Assembly (NCBI RefSeq): GCF_001194135.2
Contig: NC_068995.1
Coordinates: 14,651,394 to 14,709,281 of the forward strand
Source: Octopus bimaculoides
Taxonomy: Eukaryota
Direction of reading: 5' to 3'
DNA length: 57,888 nt
Both the position numbers and the translations under genes were made by a program. Each line of letters starts with the position of its first letter. Position 1 is the stretch's first letter. Below the pieces are notes generated by a model that saw nothing but the letters and a program-made list of their open reading frames with translations, did no database searches and was not told the DNA's origin. Below, piece by piece: positions 1 to 13,667 of the stretch.

Positions 1-52
1 ACATACATTTATATATATACATACAAGCATTCGTATACATACACAGAAACCT

Positions 53-111
<59 letters not shown>

Positions 112-769
112 TTATTAAGGCGGCAATTCGCAAGACAGGCAGATAGGCAGACAGACAAACAGATACTCGTGGAAAGTTCTTGTCAAAACTTCGGTAACAT
201 ACAAGAATAGAAGAATAGCTGACCAGATGTAATGATCTGAAACAGAAAAAAAAAAATCATACACAGTGGTTGAACAGTTTGTCCAGCAGATAATATAATA
301 ACATAGCATAATGTTAAAGAATATTGAAAAAGAAAACATCTCTGTCGAACAAATGATAAATCTGTTACTCCAGCTAAACAATAGCATTAGATTTCTATCT
401 ATAATTATTATCGAAGCATATGGATTCATGACTAACTGCCTCGTACCAAACTTAAGAAGTTGGATTTAGCAAAAACCAATAAGAACACACCTTATAAGGA
501 GATTACAGTATAAGCTACCAACGGTACTGTCAAAATATGTGAGACATTCGGGCGGTTTAGCATGTGATAACTGAATATACACGCGTATAGACATGCAAAC
601 ATATGTTTGATCTACACATGCATATATGTGCGCATACATATATATATATGTATATACATACATTTTATATATACGGATTCTGCTGTTATTATTTTTTTAC
701 ATTTTATATATGTATATGCATGCATATGTCTATATGTGTGCATTTGTATGTATTTATGTATGCATGCAT

Positions 770-844
770 GCATGTAATTATGTATGTATGTATGTATGTA
801 TGTATGTATGTATGTATTTATCTATCTTTCTATCTATCTATCTT

Positions 845-883
<39 letters not shown>

Positions 884-925
884 GTATGTCTGTCTGTCTA
901 TCTATCTATCTATCTATCTATCTAT
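770..925. repeat. Compound (ATGT)n-(TATC)n microsatellite
   Basis: Directly visible; representative of dozens of CA/TA/GA/ATGT tracts in the window. Confidence 0.95.
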
Positions 926-3239
926 ACATCAAAATCACATATTCGGATAAATTTTCTGATCTGTCCCAGATCAATACTTCAGTCTCACAAGGCAGAATAT
1001 TTAACGATGGGTTGGAAAATATTGGTAAAAATCAATAAATAAACTATCAAACTTCAATCGTCCGTTGTCTCAACCAAATTTATTCTTCTATGCAACCTAA
1101 AGTCTCCTGAACAACACAAGTAAACAAAGATTTTGTTGTTTACATACGCATCAAACGCTTTGACATTCTATGGAACTCATGGTATGGAATCAATTTTATG
1201 TTCTTCTAGAGACAAATCCCTTCTACTAAAGACACAAGACCCTCAACTTTAGAGGAGTGGTTAAGTCTATTCTATCGACACGAGTGCTAAACTGTCGTTT
1301 ATTTTATCGAACCCGACAGGATGAAAGGCAAAGTCTACCTCAGTGAAGTTTGAACTCAGCATAAAAATGGATGAAATGCCTCCAAGCATTTTACCTGGGG
1401 TGCTAACGATTCTGTCAGCTCACCACCTTAAAGAGAGGAAGAATATTGGTTTCAAATTTTGGCAAATGGCCAGCAATTGTGTAGGGAGAGGGTGAATCGA
1501 TTACATCGACCTCCAGCATGTGTTTTATGAACTCCGAAAGGATGAAAGGCAAAGTCGACCTCGGCGGATATTTGAACTCAAAGCATAAAGAAAGACGAAA
1601 TGCCGCTAAACAATTTGCTCTGCGTGCTAACGATTCTGCTAGCTCGCGGTTTTAAAGAGAGAAAGACTATGAAACTCAGTTTGGAAAAGATTACCAGTTG
1701 TAAAGATACAATTATCAAGCATCAAACCAACCAATTAATATGATCTTTTAATAAGATCTGTTCTACTTTACGTCAATTGCTGCTGTTGTTGCTATCTAGT
1801 CCCAAGAAGTCAAGGATATTTACCCCCCCCCCCATGGGCAATAACCCATCCCTCAAGGACAACAGATGATGATGTAAAACATCTTAATATATTAGAGAGG
1901 GGGTATTTAACCAAGGGGGGTAATTGTACTAGGGGATAGTTGTCATCGGGGGGAATTTCCTATGGAAGGGGTAATTGTCCTCGGGAGGAGGGGAATTATC
2001 CTCGGGGGCGGTTAATTGTCCTGATACGAGTCCCAAGTCACCTTGTATCGAACAGACGCACAATCAAAGACATTCCAACCATGATCATCCCATATGTTCG
2101 TATATCTAGGACTGCACTGTTCAATTTGTCCTTCCCTTTTGTCATTTTATTCATTTATTTTTTCTTTGAAGGTGGTACGGTGTAGTTTGATGCAAACATG
2201 GCTGCTATTTCCAGGAGTCAGAACGCTCTCAGAGAGGTTCGCTCGGTGCATTGTCTACGATAATATTTTGTAAACAGTTTATAATTTCCCCAGGTGCAAA
2301 TTCCAAATTTTGGTTGGCTTCTATTCTTTTCTGTTATCCTCCTTCATAGAAAGCAACCAAAAAGATTTAACAGCAAACAACATCTAAATGTTATTTTGGG
2401 GTTTGGCATAAGATTCATATTTTTTTTATTTTTAGTCTGTTCAAGCGTTCTTCTTGATGCTTGAAATAAATAAATAAACAAATAAATAAATAAATAAATA
2501 AATAAATGGTTTTCGTTTCTTCTCGTTGCTTATCGATAAGTCTTGTCAACGTCAATGAAAAGTGAGCTGAACATGAAGCGCAGATGATTCCTCGCTGTTT
2601 TGTACTAATATGATCAGAAGGTCAAAGTGACCTTGCAACAATCAACTTAAACACAAAGAAACGGCGACCGAATCCTTTTGTTACCATATTTCCGTTGAAA
2701 TGCACCTTCCTTAATTCAATTAATTTCATAAATAACGGGGAATATTCTAAAATAACTTGGTCGATATTAAGCTGATGCTGTGGGAACATAAATTGACGTG
2801 AAGTTTTTAATAGGAGATTTTAATTTAGATTCATTTTAAAACAGGAAGTTTGTAGCATAGAACCAAGGATCAGTGTCTGATTGGTTGGTGTTAAAAGAAT
2901 GACAGGCTGATCTGAGTGGGCGACCAGAAGCTCAAAACCCATACTTTTATGAAAGAGGGGAAAAACTCAACCAAACATTGAATTATATTTGGTAATAATT
3001 TTTTTCTTTTATCTTTTACTTGTTTCAGTTATTAGACTGCTGTCATGTTGGGGGCACCGCCTTGAAGAATTTTACTTGAAATCGACAGAAGGCTTCTGCT
3101 CACAAATGCATGTACTATAACGCATGCGCGCACACTCACACGTCTGTGAATACGTTTGTGTTTTATGTGAATGTGTTTTATGTGAATGTGTTTTATGTGA
3201 ATGTGTTTTATGTTTGCGTGCGTTTGATCGCGCGCATGT

Positions 3240-3922
3240 GTGTGTGTTCACCGGTTTGCTCGCTCGGCCCCAGACTACTCGTAGACACAATCGGAGATTT
3301 CTTAAGGGCATTATCACTGGCGATGAAAAATGGCATCTTTATGCCAATATGAAGTAGAGAGAAGAACGACTGAGTCTCAACAAGCAAGCAACACCTCGAG
3401 CCAAGCCAGAGCTGCATCCACGCAAGACAGTAATCTATGTTTGGTAGGATACAGTCAATGCAGAGCTTTACGTCCAACAAAAATACCGGCCCAACGAAGC
3501 AATCTAGCTGAAACGACCCGACCGGTGACATTGCATGTTTCTTCAACACGACAACGCTCGACCCTACGTTGCTAATTTGACCAAAAATGCTATTCAAAAG
3601 CTTGACTGGGAAGTTCTACTGCATCCACCGAACTCCTCCGATACAATGCCTTCAGATCATTACCTTTTCTTTTTTTTCTTTTGGTCGCTCTCCAACAGTC
3701 TGTGAGAAGTTTCGTTCAACAACGACGTGGAACTGAAAATGTGACTCAATGGATTCTTCGAGTCAAGACTCGGTGCTTTAGTAAAGCTAGTGGAACATTG
3801 GCAACAAGTCGCGACCAATGAAGGAGAATTTTGACTGATTTATTAAAATTGACTGATTTATTAAAATCATTGATGAAAAATAAGGATCCCAAAATTTGGG
3901 AAAAAACGAACGACAACCAATA
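3240..3922 (+). mobile_element. Mariner (DD34D) transposase relic, 3' half
   Basis: RFLKGIITGDEKW and LDWEVLLHPPNSSDTMPSDH (degenerate HPPYSPDLAPSD), with stops and frameshifts; ends at TA run. Confidence 0.85.
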
Positions 3923-3989
3923 TATATATATATTGCGCACTCTGCTACTATTACTACTATCACTTTCATATATATATATATATATATAT

Positions 3990-4280
3990 ATATCTTAATC
4001 CTTTTTCCCCTTGTGAAGCATAGGGCTTCAACAGTTATTTTCCACTTTTTGCGGTCATTGGCGTGCTTCTTGGCTGCATCTCATGTCACGCCGGTGGTCC
4101 TGAGCTCGTCCAAAATGCTCCGCTTCCATGTCTGCTTCGGGCGTCCTCACTTCCTTTTCCCCTGCGGGTTCCGGTCAAGTGCTTGTCGTGCCACATTTGA
4201 GGGTTCTTTCCGCATTGTGTGTCCGATCCATCTCCATTTCCTTTGTCTAATCTGAACATGTATGGGCTTCTGGTTGGCCC

Positions 4281-4285
<5 letters not shown>
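3990..4285 (-). mobile_element. RTE-type LINE 3' end relic
   Basis: [42 protein letters not shown], typical RTE RT C-terminus. Confidence 0.8.
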
Positions 4286-4344
<59 letters not shown>

Positions 4345-5119
4345 CATAGAGACAGAGAGAGAGACAGAGAGGTGTATATATATATATATGTATGAACGTA
4401 TGCATGTTTCCGGTGATGCTTGTTTTATAAGTTACATCATTCTTGTGATCCTTAGCTGTCTACTACAAAAATGCGGTTACAATGCGCCAATATAGATACT
4501 TCGTTCGGCAGATGAGGCCGAGAAGGTCTTTCAAAATCAATAGATTTGTTTGTGCATTTGTGTTTGTGTAAGTGAGTGTATATATGCCTATGCGCGCGCA
4601 TACGTGTGCGTATACATCCCATTTCTCTCGCTTTCCCTTGTCGCTCGTTCTCTTTACCTGTGTCTGTATGTTGTATAATTGAGTAAAAAAAACAAAAACA
4701 TCCAGTCATCTATGTAATATAACAAGCAACAGTGAAGGTCATTGCAAACAGCGAAGACGTGCTCTATCACTGTTTATTTATACTTATTGTACATCTGAGA
4801 GAACAAGCAAGAGGCGACAAAATATCTTGGCCGAGAGAATGGGACAAAACACTTGAGCTTGCTTTTAGCACGCGCCACTTCACTTGACGTCTGAAAACCG
4901 AACGGTTTGTGGATAATGTACGTGGAACATTCACGCTTTCGTTCATTCAGCTGAACTGTTTGCTGAAATGGAAAATAACAATATTAATGGTAAACGATGA
5001 CACGCCTACTTGAACAATTGTATATTGTCTCTTAGGATTAGACGCTGCTGTCGAATACAAACAAACAAGCGCGCGCGGACACTGCATATACATACACACG
5101 CACAGCACACAAACGCGCA

Positions 5120-5166
<47 letters not shown>

Positions 5167-5708
5167 TGTGTGTGCGTGAGTACATATATGTATATTCATA
5201 TACGCATGCATATATACCTATATATATATATATATATATATAAAGAGAGAGAGATACAGACATAAATATATAGAATAGAAATATAGGTATAGATATATGT
5301 GTATGTGTGTGTGTATGTATANNNNNNNNNNNNNNNNNNNNNNNNNNNNNNNNNNNNNNNNNNNNNNNNNNNNNNNNNNNNNNNNNNNNNNNNNNNNNNN
5401 NNNNNNNNNNNNNNNNNNNNNNNNNNNNNNNNNNNNNNNNNNNNNNNNNNNNNNNNNNNNNNNNNNNNNNNNNNNNNNNNNNNNNNNNNNNNNNNNNNNN
5501 NNNNNNNNNNNNNNNNNNNNNNNNNNNNNNNNNNNNNNNNNNNNNNNNNNNNNNNNNNNNNNNNNNNNNNNNNNNNNNNNNNNNNNNNNNNNNNNNNNNN
5601 NNNNNNNNNNNNNNNNNNNNNNNNNNNNNNNNNNNNNNNNNNNNNNNNNNNNNNNNNNNNNNNNNNNNNNAAGACCCACTAGAATGCAAACCTATTAAAT
5701 ATGCATGT

Positions 5709-6235
5709 TATTATTCGGTTTTGTCTCAAGATTTCTTACCAATAGAAATAGAGCCGGTTTCTAACCAAGATCCAAAGCTTCTTCATTGGAATTTCAACAA
5801 CATCAACTGGATATTTGTGCATGTTTGCGTGTTTGAATGCAATATCTGGAGTCAGTACATCTGCAGATTTGTACGTTTTGTTCCATGTATTTTCATGCAT
5901 ATATTTTCATGCGTATATATATTTAAATGCTAAACGCCGGGAAAGTTATGTATGTATGTGTGTATGTATGTATGCATGTATGTATGCATGCATGTATGTA
6001 TGTATGTATGCATGTATGTATGTATGTACGTTCGTACGTATGTATGGATGTACGTCATTATTCAGCTTATTTCAAGGTTTCTTACCAATAAAGAGCCGAT
6101 TTCTAAACTAGATCCAAGGTCCTTCATTGGAAATTCAACAACAGGGTATGTATGTATGTATGTATGTATGTATGTATGTATACGTACATATCTGTATGTT
6201 TTATTTTATGTATGTCTTCTCATGCATATACTTGC

Positions 6236-6266
<31 letters not shown>

Positions 6267-6300
6267 TGTGTGTGTGTGTATGTATGTATGTATGTATGTA

Positions 6301-6331
<31 letters not shown>

Positions 6332-6392
6332 ATGTATACGTACGCATTTGTATGTTTTGTTTTATGTGTGTTCTCATGCATATACTTGCATA

Positions 6393-6442
<50 letters not shown>

Positions 6443-6550
6443 TGTGTGTCATTATTCAGTTTTTTCAAGATTTCTTACCAATAGAGGAAGAATTGGTTTG
6501 TAACCTAGATCCAAGGCTTCTTCACTGAAATTTCAACATCAACAACAGGG
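5709..6550 (+). repeat. Higher-order tandem array: about 95-bp unique unit x3 separated by (ATGT)n
   Basis: caagatttcttaccaata...ctagatccaaggc..ttcattggaa.ttcaac at 5709, 6055 and 6448. Confidence 0.8.
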
Positions 6551-9500
6551 TATGTATGTATGTATGTACCTATGTATGTATGTACGCATGTACGTACCTA
6601 TGTATGTATGTATGTATGTATGTATGCATGCATGCATGCATGTATGTGTGTATGTATGTATGTATGTACGTACTTATGTATGTACGCATGTACGTACTTA
6701 TGTATGTATGTATGTAATTAAGCATGCATGTATATCCTGGGTATGACATTAAATTGCATCCGACAGTGAGGCTCCAGTTCGAGAGTTCTGGTGTTGTGGG
6801 GAGCATGGAGTCACCTTTTAATTATGATTACTCCCAGGTTCGTTCTGACCAGTCAGGGTCCCATCTTTAAGTTAAATAGATTTGCCAGAGGTAGAGGCGG
6901 CTCCCGTTATTTTTAACAAAGCCATTGGGAAAGAGGCTATTCTAGGTGTTACTCTGACATAAAACTTGCTATCATCTTGCAATGCTTGTCATTGGAAACT
7001 ACGATGGTGACAGAGAGGGCGGCAAAAGTATTGTACAAGCTTTTGTCACTCAAACCCAACGACGTACAGCTATCACGCTTTCATTTCATTTGGTGGGCCA
7101 TTTTGTATTTTATAAAGTCTTATGGCGTTTGAAAGACAAATCCGCGCAATGCAGGAATGAGAGTAAATCAGAAGCTGTAATCTGATAAAGCAATCATCAT
7201 GTATGTATGTATGTATATGTATGTTTGTATCACGTACGTATGTATGTATGTATGTATTTATCACGTCTGTCTGTCTGTCTATATGTATGTAGGTAGGTCT
7301 CTTCCATTTTTTAAAATTATTATAAATCTTCCACTGAGGAGGGAGCCAGTTTCCAACAAAGATACAAGGCTCCATCATTAGGATGTAGTTAGCACAGACA
7401 AATTCACATTTGGAACTTGAGAAAAGTCTTGCATATATTTACTGTTCCACTCACAGGCTGCACTTGTAATGTACGAATTAGCCGGTCTTTCTGAAAATCC
7501 CAGTTTATCCAGATTCTCCTTTAAGCATTTACACACAAAACCTAGTGCTCCAATTATTATTGGTATGAATATGAATGGAGGTTTCGAAGCAGTTGTCTAT
7601 AGATATCCTCTTTTTCTTTGATTTTCAAAACGATATTTATATCTGCAGGGCAGCTGACCTCTATGATGGTACATGCCTTTGCCCCTCTGTATGTATGCAT
7701 GCATGCATGTATGTATCAAACCACTCTTGAGTGCAACTGCTAACAAGTAATCTAATACAACCTTTTGCACGGATGGGTCGTCGGTATCGAAACTGGTAAC
7801 CCCATCAATCCTGTTTGATAAGGAGGAGATTTCTGGACAACCTACTAAATGAAAAATAAAAAGCAAAACAAACATACATACAGATTCTTTTACAGGATTC
7901 AGCCATTAGACTGAGGCCATTCTGGGGCACTTCTCTTCAAGAGATCATACCAATCTCAATACTTTACTCAGGCACCTAGTTTATCTCTGTCCATCTTAAG
8001 ACTGTGTTTAGCTTTTGGCTGGGAGTAAGGGGGCGTAACTGTTCGTAACTGAATGCTTAAACACCATAAACTATTTTGTTCGTCGCATCGATTTTACACT
8101 GACACTCATACAACGAGTTTCCACACAATTTTCTACCAACCAAATTTCGCTCACAGTGCATTGGCCAACCTGAGGCTATGCTAAAAGAAATTTGCTCAAT
8201 GAACCGCGCGGTGGGATTGAACACGAAAGCACTTGAACTTCTTAATCGCATAAAGCCATGCTTATACTCATGTTCTGTTCTGTTCTCCTTCGAATAAATA
8301 AATGAATTTCACTTCGATAATACCATTATTCTCAGACTCAGGAATGAATTAATCAGGACGAATATCTATCTCTGAGCAGTGGAATATCGTGAAAATATTC
8401 AAAACTGCACGGAATGCGATAATAACAGCATTGAGTCAAATCAACGTTTAATACAATTTCTTTTAAATCACGAGAAATCCACTAAGTACACAGGCGGTGA
8501 TGAAAACTATTGCGTGCAAATGGATCTTCGAACGAAGACAGTGTAATCATGCATTTGCTATACTATTTATTAATGATGTAAACGTATGGTTGTGGTGGTA
8601 GTGGTAGTGGAGCAATGCAGTCTGTAGGTTCTCAGACTTAATGCCTGACGGTATAAATGCCGATTCCATTGGAGTCGACGTTGTCTTATATTCTTCAGAT
8701 GTCGATAGTGATTCTGGTGTTCCATAGGGTTGCAAGGTTCATTGAGCAAGCGTTTTCTAACATAGATTTTGTGTTGACTAATGCCTTATGATGAGTCAAA
8801 TTTAGCTGATAGAAACTGTGTGGAAACTTGGAGTATGAGGAGGTGGAGTATAAAATCGATGCGCCGAACAAAATACCTTATTGTATTTATGCTTCGAATT
8901 ACAGAGAGTTACATTCATCTACGTCCGGCTAAAAGTTAAATGGAGTCATATGCGAAACAGAGTATTGATATCGATAAAAGTTTATTTCAATCAATCTGAT
9001 CAACTATATTCTTCCCAGCACAAAGAAAAAGGGGGAAAAATTACCGTCAATCTTATTGGTATGTACTACTACTCAGATTAGTGCTGGATTTGGTCATATG
9101 CTAAACGAACTATTATTTATGGCAGGGGTTTTTCTAACATTTTGATTGTGGAACGCTAGAGACTAAAAAAAGGCACTTTACATGTAATTGTGTTTGCGGA
9201 GCAGCATTCAGCCAGGGTGAGCTGAGCCGGTTCCAACCTCCTACGGGTCATGTTCGGAGTTTCAGTGGGACTATAAGTTTACGTGTGGTCCCCGGTCACA
9301 TGCATACACGCTTTGGAATAGTGTCGTCTGTAGCAGTTCATCTTGCCGTCGATTGTCGACCATCGCAGGAGATTCCTTGACCAAGTTACCACCGGTTATC
9401 GGAGCAGACGTAGCCTGAGTTTGAAATGGGTTCTAGAGATATTCTTTAACAAAAAGCTGAGTGGTACCTCACTCCCAGTAGTCTTCCAGCATGCCGGACA

Positions 9501-9679
9501 CTAACCCGGAATTTCCGAGGGCTCGTGTTGTTGCTAGTTAGTTGTTGGGCCTACATTAGGTTCATCCATCTTTTTGACAGTCCTTGTTTTTAATGCTGCT
9601 GGATTTCTTGCCACCCTCCTCGTCACGTAAACCTAGGCGGGGTATATATAACATGAAACGCGACAGGTTGTATTGGATT

Positions 9680-10050
<371 letters not shown>

Positions 10051-10505
10051 CGTTTATTTGTGTATAAGGCGACGAGTGGGCAGAATCGTTAGCGCGTCGA
10101 ACAAAATGCTCTGCGGCATTTCTTCTTGCATTTTGCGTTCTGAGTTCAAATTCTGCCGAGGTGTTTGTGTTTCATCTTTTCACGGTCGATAAAATGAAGT
10201 ACCAGTCGAATACTGAGGTCGGTGTAATCAACTACACCTCCTTTCTACTTTCCTCAAAATTGCTCCTATGTGCTTTAACAACCTACCCAGTTCATCACCT
10301 GGGACTGATACTTTATCTATCGACCCCAAACTGATGATTGACGAAGTTGACCTAAGAGTAGAGATTTCAACTCAGAGCATAGTGAACCATAACAAACATC
10401 ACAAGACATTCTATTTGACCACTCTACCGATTCAGCGCCGATGTTTCGGCATTACACTTTGACATTTATAACTGTAACTGAAATCCGAAATTCAATTAAA
10501 TAATA

Positions 10506-10544
<39 letters not shown>

Positions 10545-10740
10545 GTCTCAAATTTGGAGGAAGGGATTTAAGTTGATTACATCGAACCCAGTGCGTAACT
10601 GGTACTTATCTAATCGGCCCCCGAAAGGATGAAAGGCAAAGTCGACTCCAGTGGAATTTGAACTCAGAACGTAGCGGCAGACGAAATACCGCTAAGGAAT
10701 TTCGCCTGGCGTGTTAACGATTCTGGCAGCTCGCCGCCTT
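10545..10740 (-). mobile_element. SINE family B copy
   Basis: Reverse complement of the 40498 copy. Confidence 0.75.
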
Positions 10741-10845
10741 AATAACAACAACAACAACAACAACAACACCAATAATAATAATAATAAAGATGACTTTTTA
10801 TTAACCACTAAGGTTTACATAAAAAAAGCATTATGGACAACACAA

Positions 10846-10846
<1 letters not shown>

Positions 10847-10876
<30 letters not shown>

Positions 10877-11025
10877 AAGAAGAAGAAGAAGAAGAAGAAG
10901 AAGAAGAAGAAGAAGAAGAAGAAGAAGAAGAAGAAGAAGAAGAAGAAGAAGAAGAAGAAGAAGAAGAAGACGAAGAAGAAGAAGAAGAAGAAGAAGAAGA
11001 AGAAGAAGAAGAAGAAGAAGAAGAA
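10847..11025 (+). repeat. (GAA)n trinucleotide microsatellite, about 59 units, one interruption
   Basis: Directly visible. Confidence 0.98.
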
Positions 11026-12555
11026 TCCTTGAAATTCAATTTCTACTCGAGAGTGATTTCAATTTCAGATTCCTCTGTCACATTTAGACATCTCAATTTC
11101 ATTAAAGCCCTTCTTTATTCCCATTTAAGAACCTCCTACACAATTTGAATGTTTTATAAACATGTCAGTTGGTTTTATTAAATTTGAAATTTTAGACCGA
11201 AAATAAATTGCATCGTTAAAAATGAAATTAATATTCAGAACAAATATAAAATCAATTGGGATAATTGTTTGAGCGCTTAATGGAATCTACTTCAGAAAAT
11301 GCAGGCATTGCCGTGTGGTTAGTAAAATCGCTCTACAATCATGTGATTCCAAGTTCGATTCCTTTGCACGACACCTTGGGTAAGTGTCTTCCATTATTAT
11401 TGCGGATTGATCCAAGCATTGAGAGTGAAACTAGTCGAGGACAAAATGTGCTGAAGCTAGTTTGGTAGGTCGTATATGTTCTAGAGTATTAGACTTAGCA
11501 TTTCGCACTATTTGTTTTTAGGACACCAGAAACTGAATACGTAGTTCTAATTACAAACATTAGAATCAGGTCTCTAATATCTTCCTCCTCCCAATCTCCG
11601 TAAGTTAAGAAGGTCATGGACACTGATCGTCCTTCTCTGACTAAGCTACATAAAAATACCTTCAAGACTAGTATTGAACAACACTAACAAATATTTTAAT
11701 GATATTGATTAAAGACGAAGTTTACCAGTATGATCCAGAGATCCATTAAGGTTTATGGATGCGTGTCACCAATTCCTAAAAACGTTTAGCAGATGACAGA
11801 CAAATCTGGTTGTCTTATCTCTATAGATTCATCCACCATTTGGGTTCTCACTTTCCAGACATCTTGTGAGACATCGTCTACTGAGAAATAATTATTTCTG
11901 TCTCGATTTTGGTGTAGGGGACCAACATCAGTTAACTATGCGGTACCAGGTGTTTGCGCAGAGATGGGTAAGACATTTTGAGAAAGGCTGGCAGTTACCA
12001 TTGCATTTAAATCTTCCTTCTCCATGCCACTGGAGTTTATCCAAGGGAAAGACCACCGTCTTGGGCCGATACAACTTTGCACCTGTGTCATAGCGAGTAT
12101 TGCAGTCAGAACGCCAAGAGTCGGAACAAATATCCAAGGCATCTTTCCAAACTTTTAACATTCCCATTGTCCAAATCCCTAAATTGGTACGTTTTTGTCG
12201 ACCCCGAAATAATAAATGTCGGAGTTGACCTCGGTGAGATATGATCATGGATTTCAGAGAGTCGGGAAAACTACTGCGACACATTTTATCCAGCGTTTTG
12301 ATATCACTGAAATCTCCCTCAGTATTTATGTTTCAAGTTTGGTACTTATTCTATCGGTTTCTTTGGTCAAACCGCTACGTTACAGGAACGTAAGCATATT
12401 ATAAGGCGGTGCTCCAGCATGGCTACAGTAAAATGATTGAAACAAGTAAACGAGTAAAAGAATAACAACACCGGTTGTCAAGTTGTGGTGAAGGCACAGG
12501 CACAAACACAAATACACACACACGTGCATACATAAATACATGAACGCATGCATAC

Positions 12556-13100
12556 ATACATCACATCACATCATAAGCAGTTGTCCAAAAATGTCTTCGC
12601 GGTATTATCTATCGATGAGACATGATGTAGCTAGGACACTCTATAATGAAATCCGTTGGAAGGATAATCCCCAAGGACAAAGAAATAAGTATCCACAGTA
12701 TGGTAGAAGTCATAGCCACTCATAATAAAAAGGAATACTGATGGAATGTACCAGTGAAGACCTCAATAAAATGTAAACGCAATAGACCCGATATAGTGAT
12801 TTGGGAGTGAGAAGAGAAACTGTGTATAGTTGTGGAAATCGGCGGCCCAGCGGAAGTTAACATAAAGCTAAAGATCAACGAAAAAGAGAATACCTACGCA
12901 GTTACTCAATCCAGATCACAAGTTCAGGTTTATACCTGTAATTATTGGAGCCCTGGGATATGTAACTCACTGCCTAAATACCAATCTTGAAAAATTAGGC
13001 TTCTCAAAACGAGAAACGAGAAAGCTAATTCGAAGACTACTGATCCAATCCATCACTGGAACTGTAAAAATCTGTAAAACTTTCCAGAAGTGTATCATTT
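12556..13100 (+). mobile_element. R2-superfamily (R4/NeSL-like) LINE 3' end: zinc knuckle plus restriction-like endonuclease relic
   Basis: HIISSCPKMSSRYYLSMRHD; RNRPDIVIW...IVVEIGGP...KENTY; IPVIIGALG. Confidence 0.85.
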
Positions 13101-13344
13101 AAATATATATGAGCATGTCTAGATATGCAACTATATGCAGGAGAATATATACATGAAGCAAAACATACAAATCTGCACACATACATACATACATACATAC
13201 ATACATACATACATACAAAAATACTCAGTTGTTCATCTTGAAATTCCAATGAAGGAGCCTTGAATCTAGGTTAGAAACCAGCTCTTTCTCTGTTGGCAAG
13301 AAATCTTGAAATAATTCTGAACAATGGCATACATACATACGTAC

Positions 13345-13640
13345 ATACATACAATTCCTCCACGGTGATTGAGAGTCCTACAACATAGTGACTGATGAGC
13401 AAGCCAGTGGAAAGAGGGGAGTGTGGAGATGTGCCGAATAACTACTGACAAACAAAGCTGTACTATCAGAGGTAAAAACAAAAAAACATCATTGGAGTCT
13501 TAGTATAGTATGGTTTGATTATAGGAAGGCCTTTGATTCTATTCCCCCACTCATGGCTACTGAAGTGTCTCCACTTAGCAAAAGTATCTGCTACCTTAAT
13601 TTCTGCTATTGAGAGACACACAAAGACCTGAGCCACTATC
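13345..13640 (+). mobile_element. R4/NeSL-like LINE reverse transcriptase fragment
   Basis: EQASGKRG...LLTNKAVL and SIVWFDYRKAFDSIPHSWLLKCL. Confidence 0.85.
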
Positions 13641-13667
13641 CTCACACATTTCAAATATAAACTGTAG

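Noticed and set aside
4509-4535. CAGATGAGGCCGAGAAGGTC resembling a hammerhead core plus stem II
   Set aside because: U4 is substituted and no GAAAC or stem III follows
8547-8735. S/T/E-rich minus-strand ORF
   Set aside because: No convincing splice sites or homology, and an in-frame stop lies just upstream
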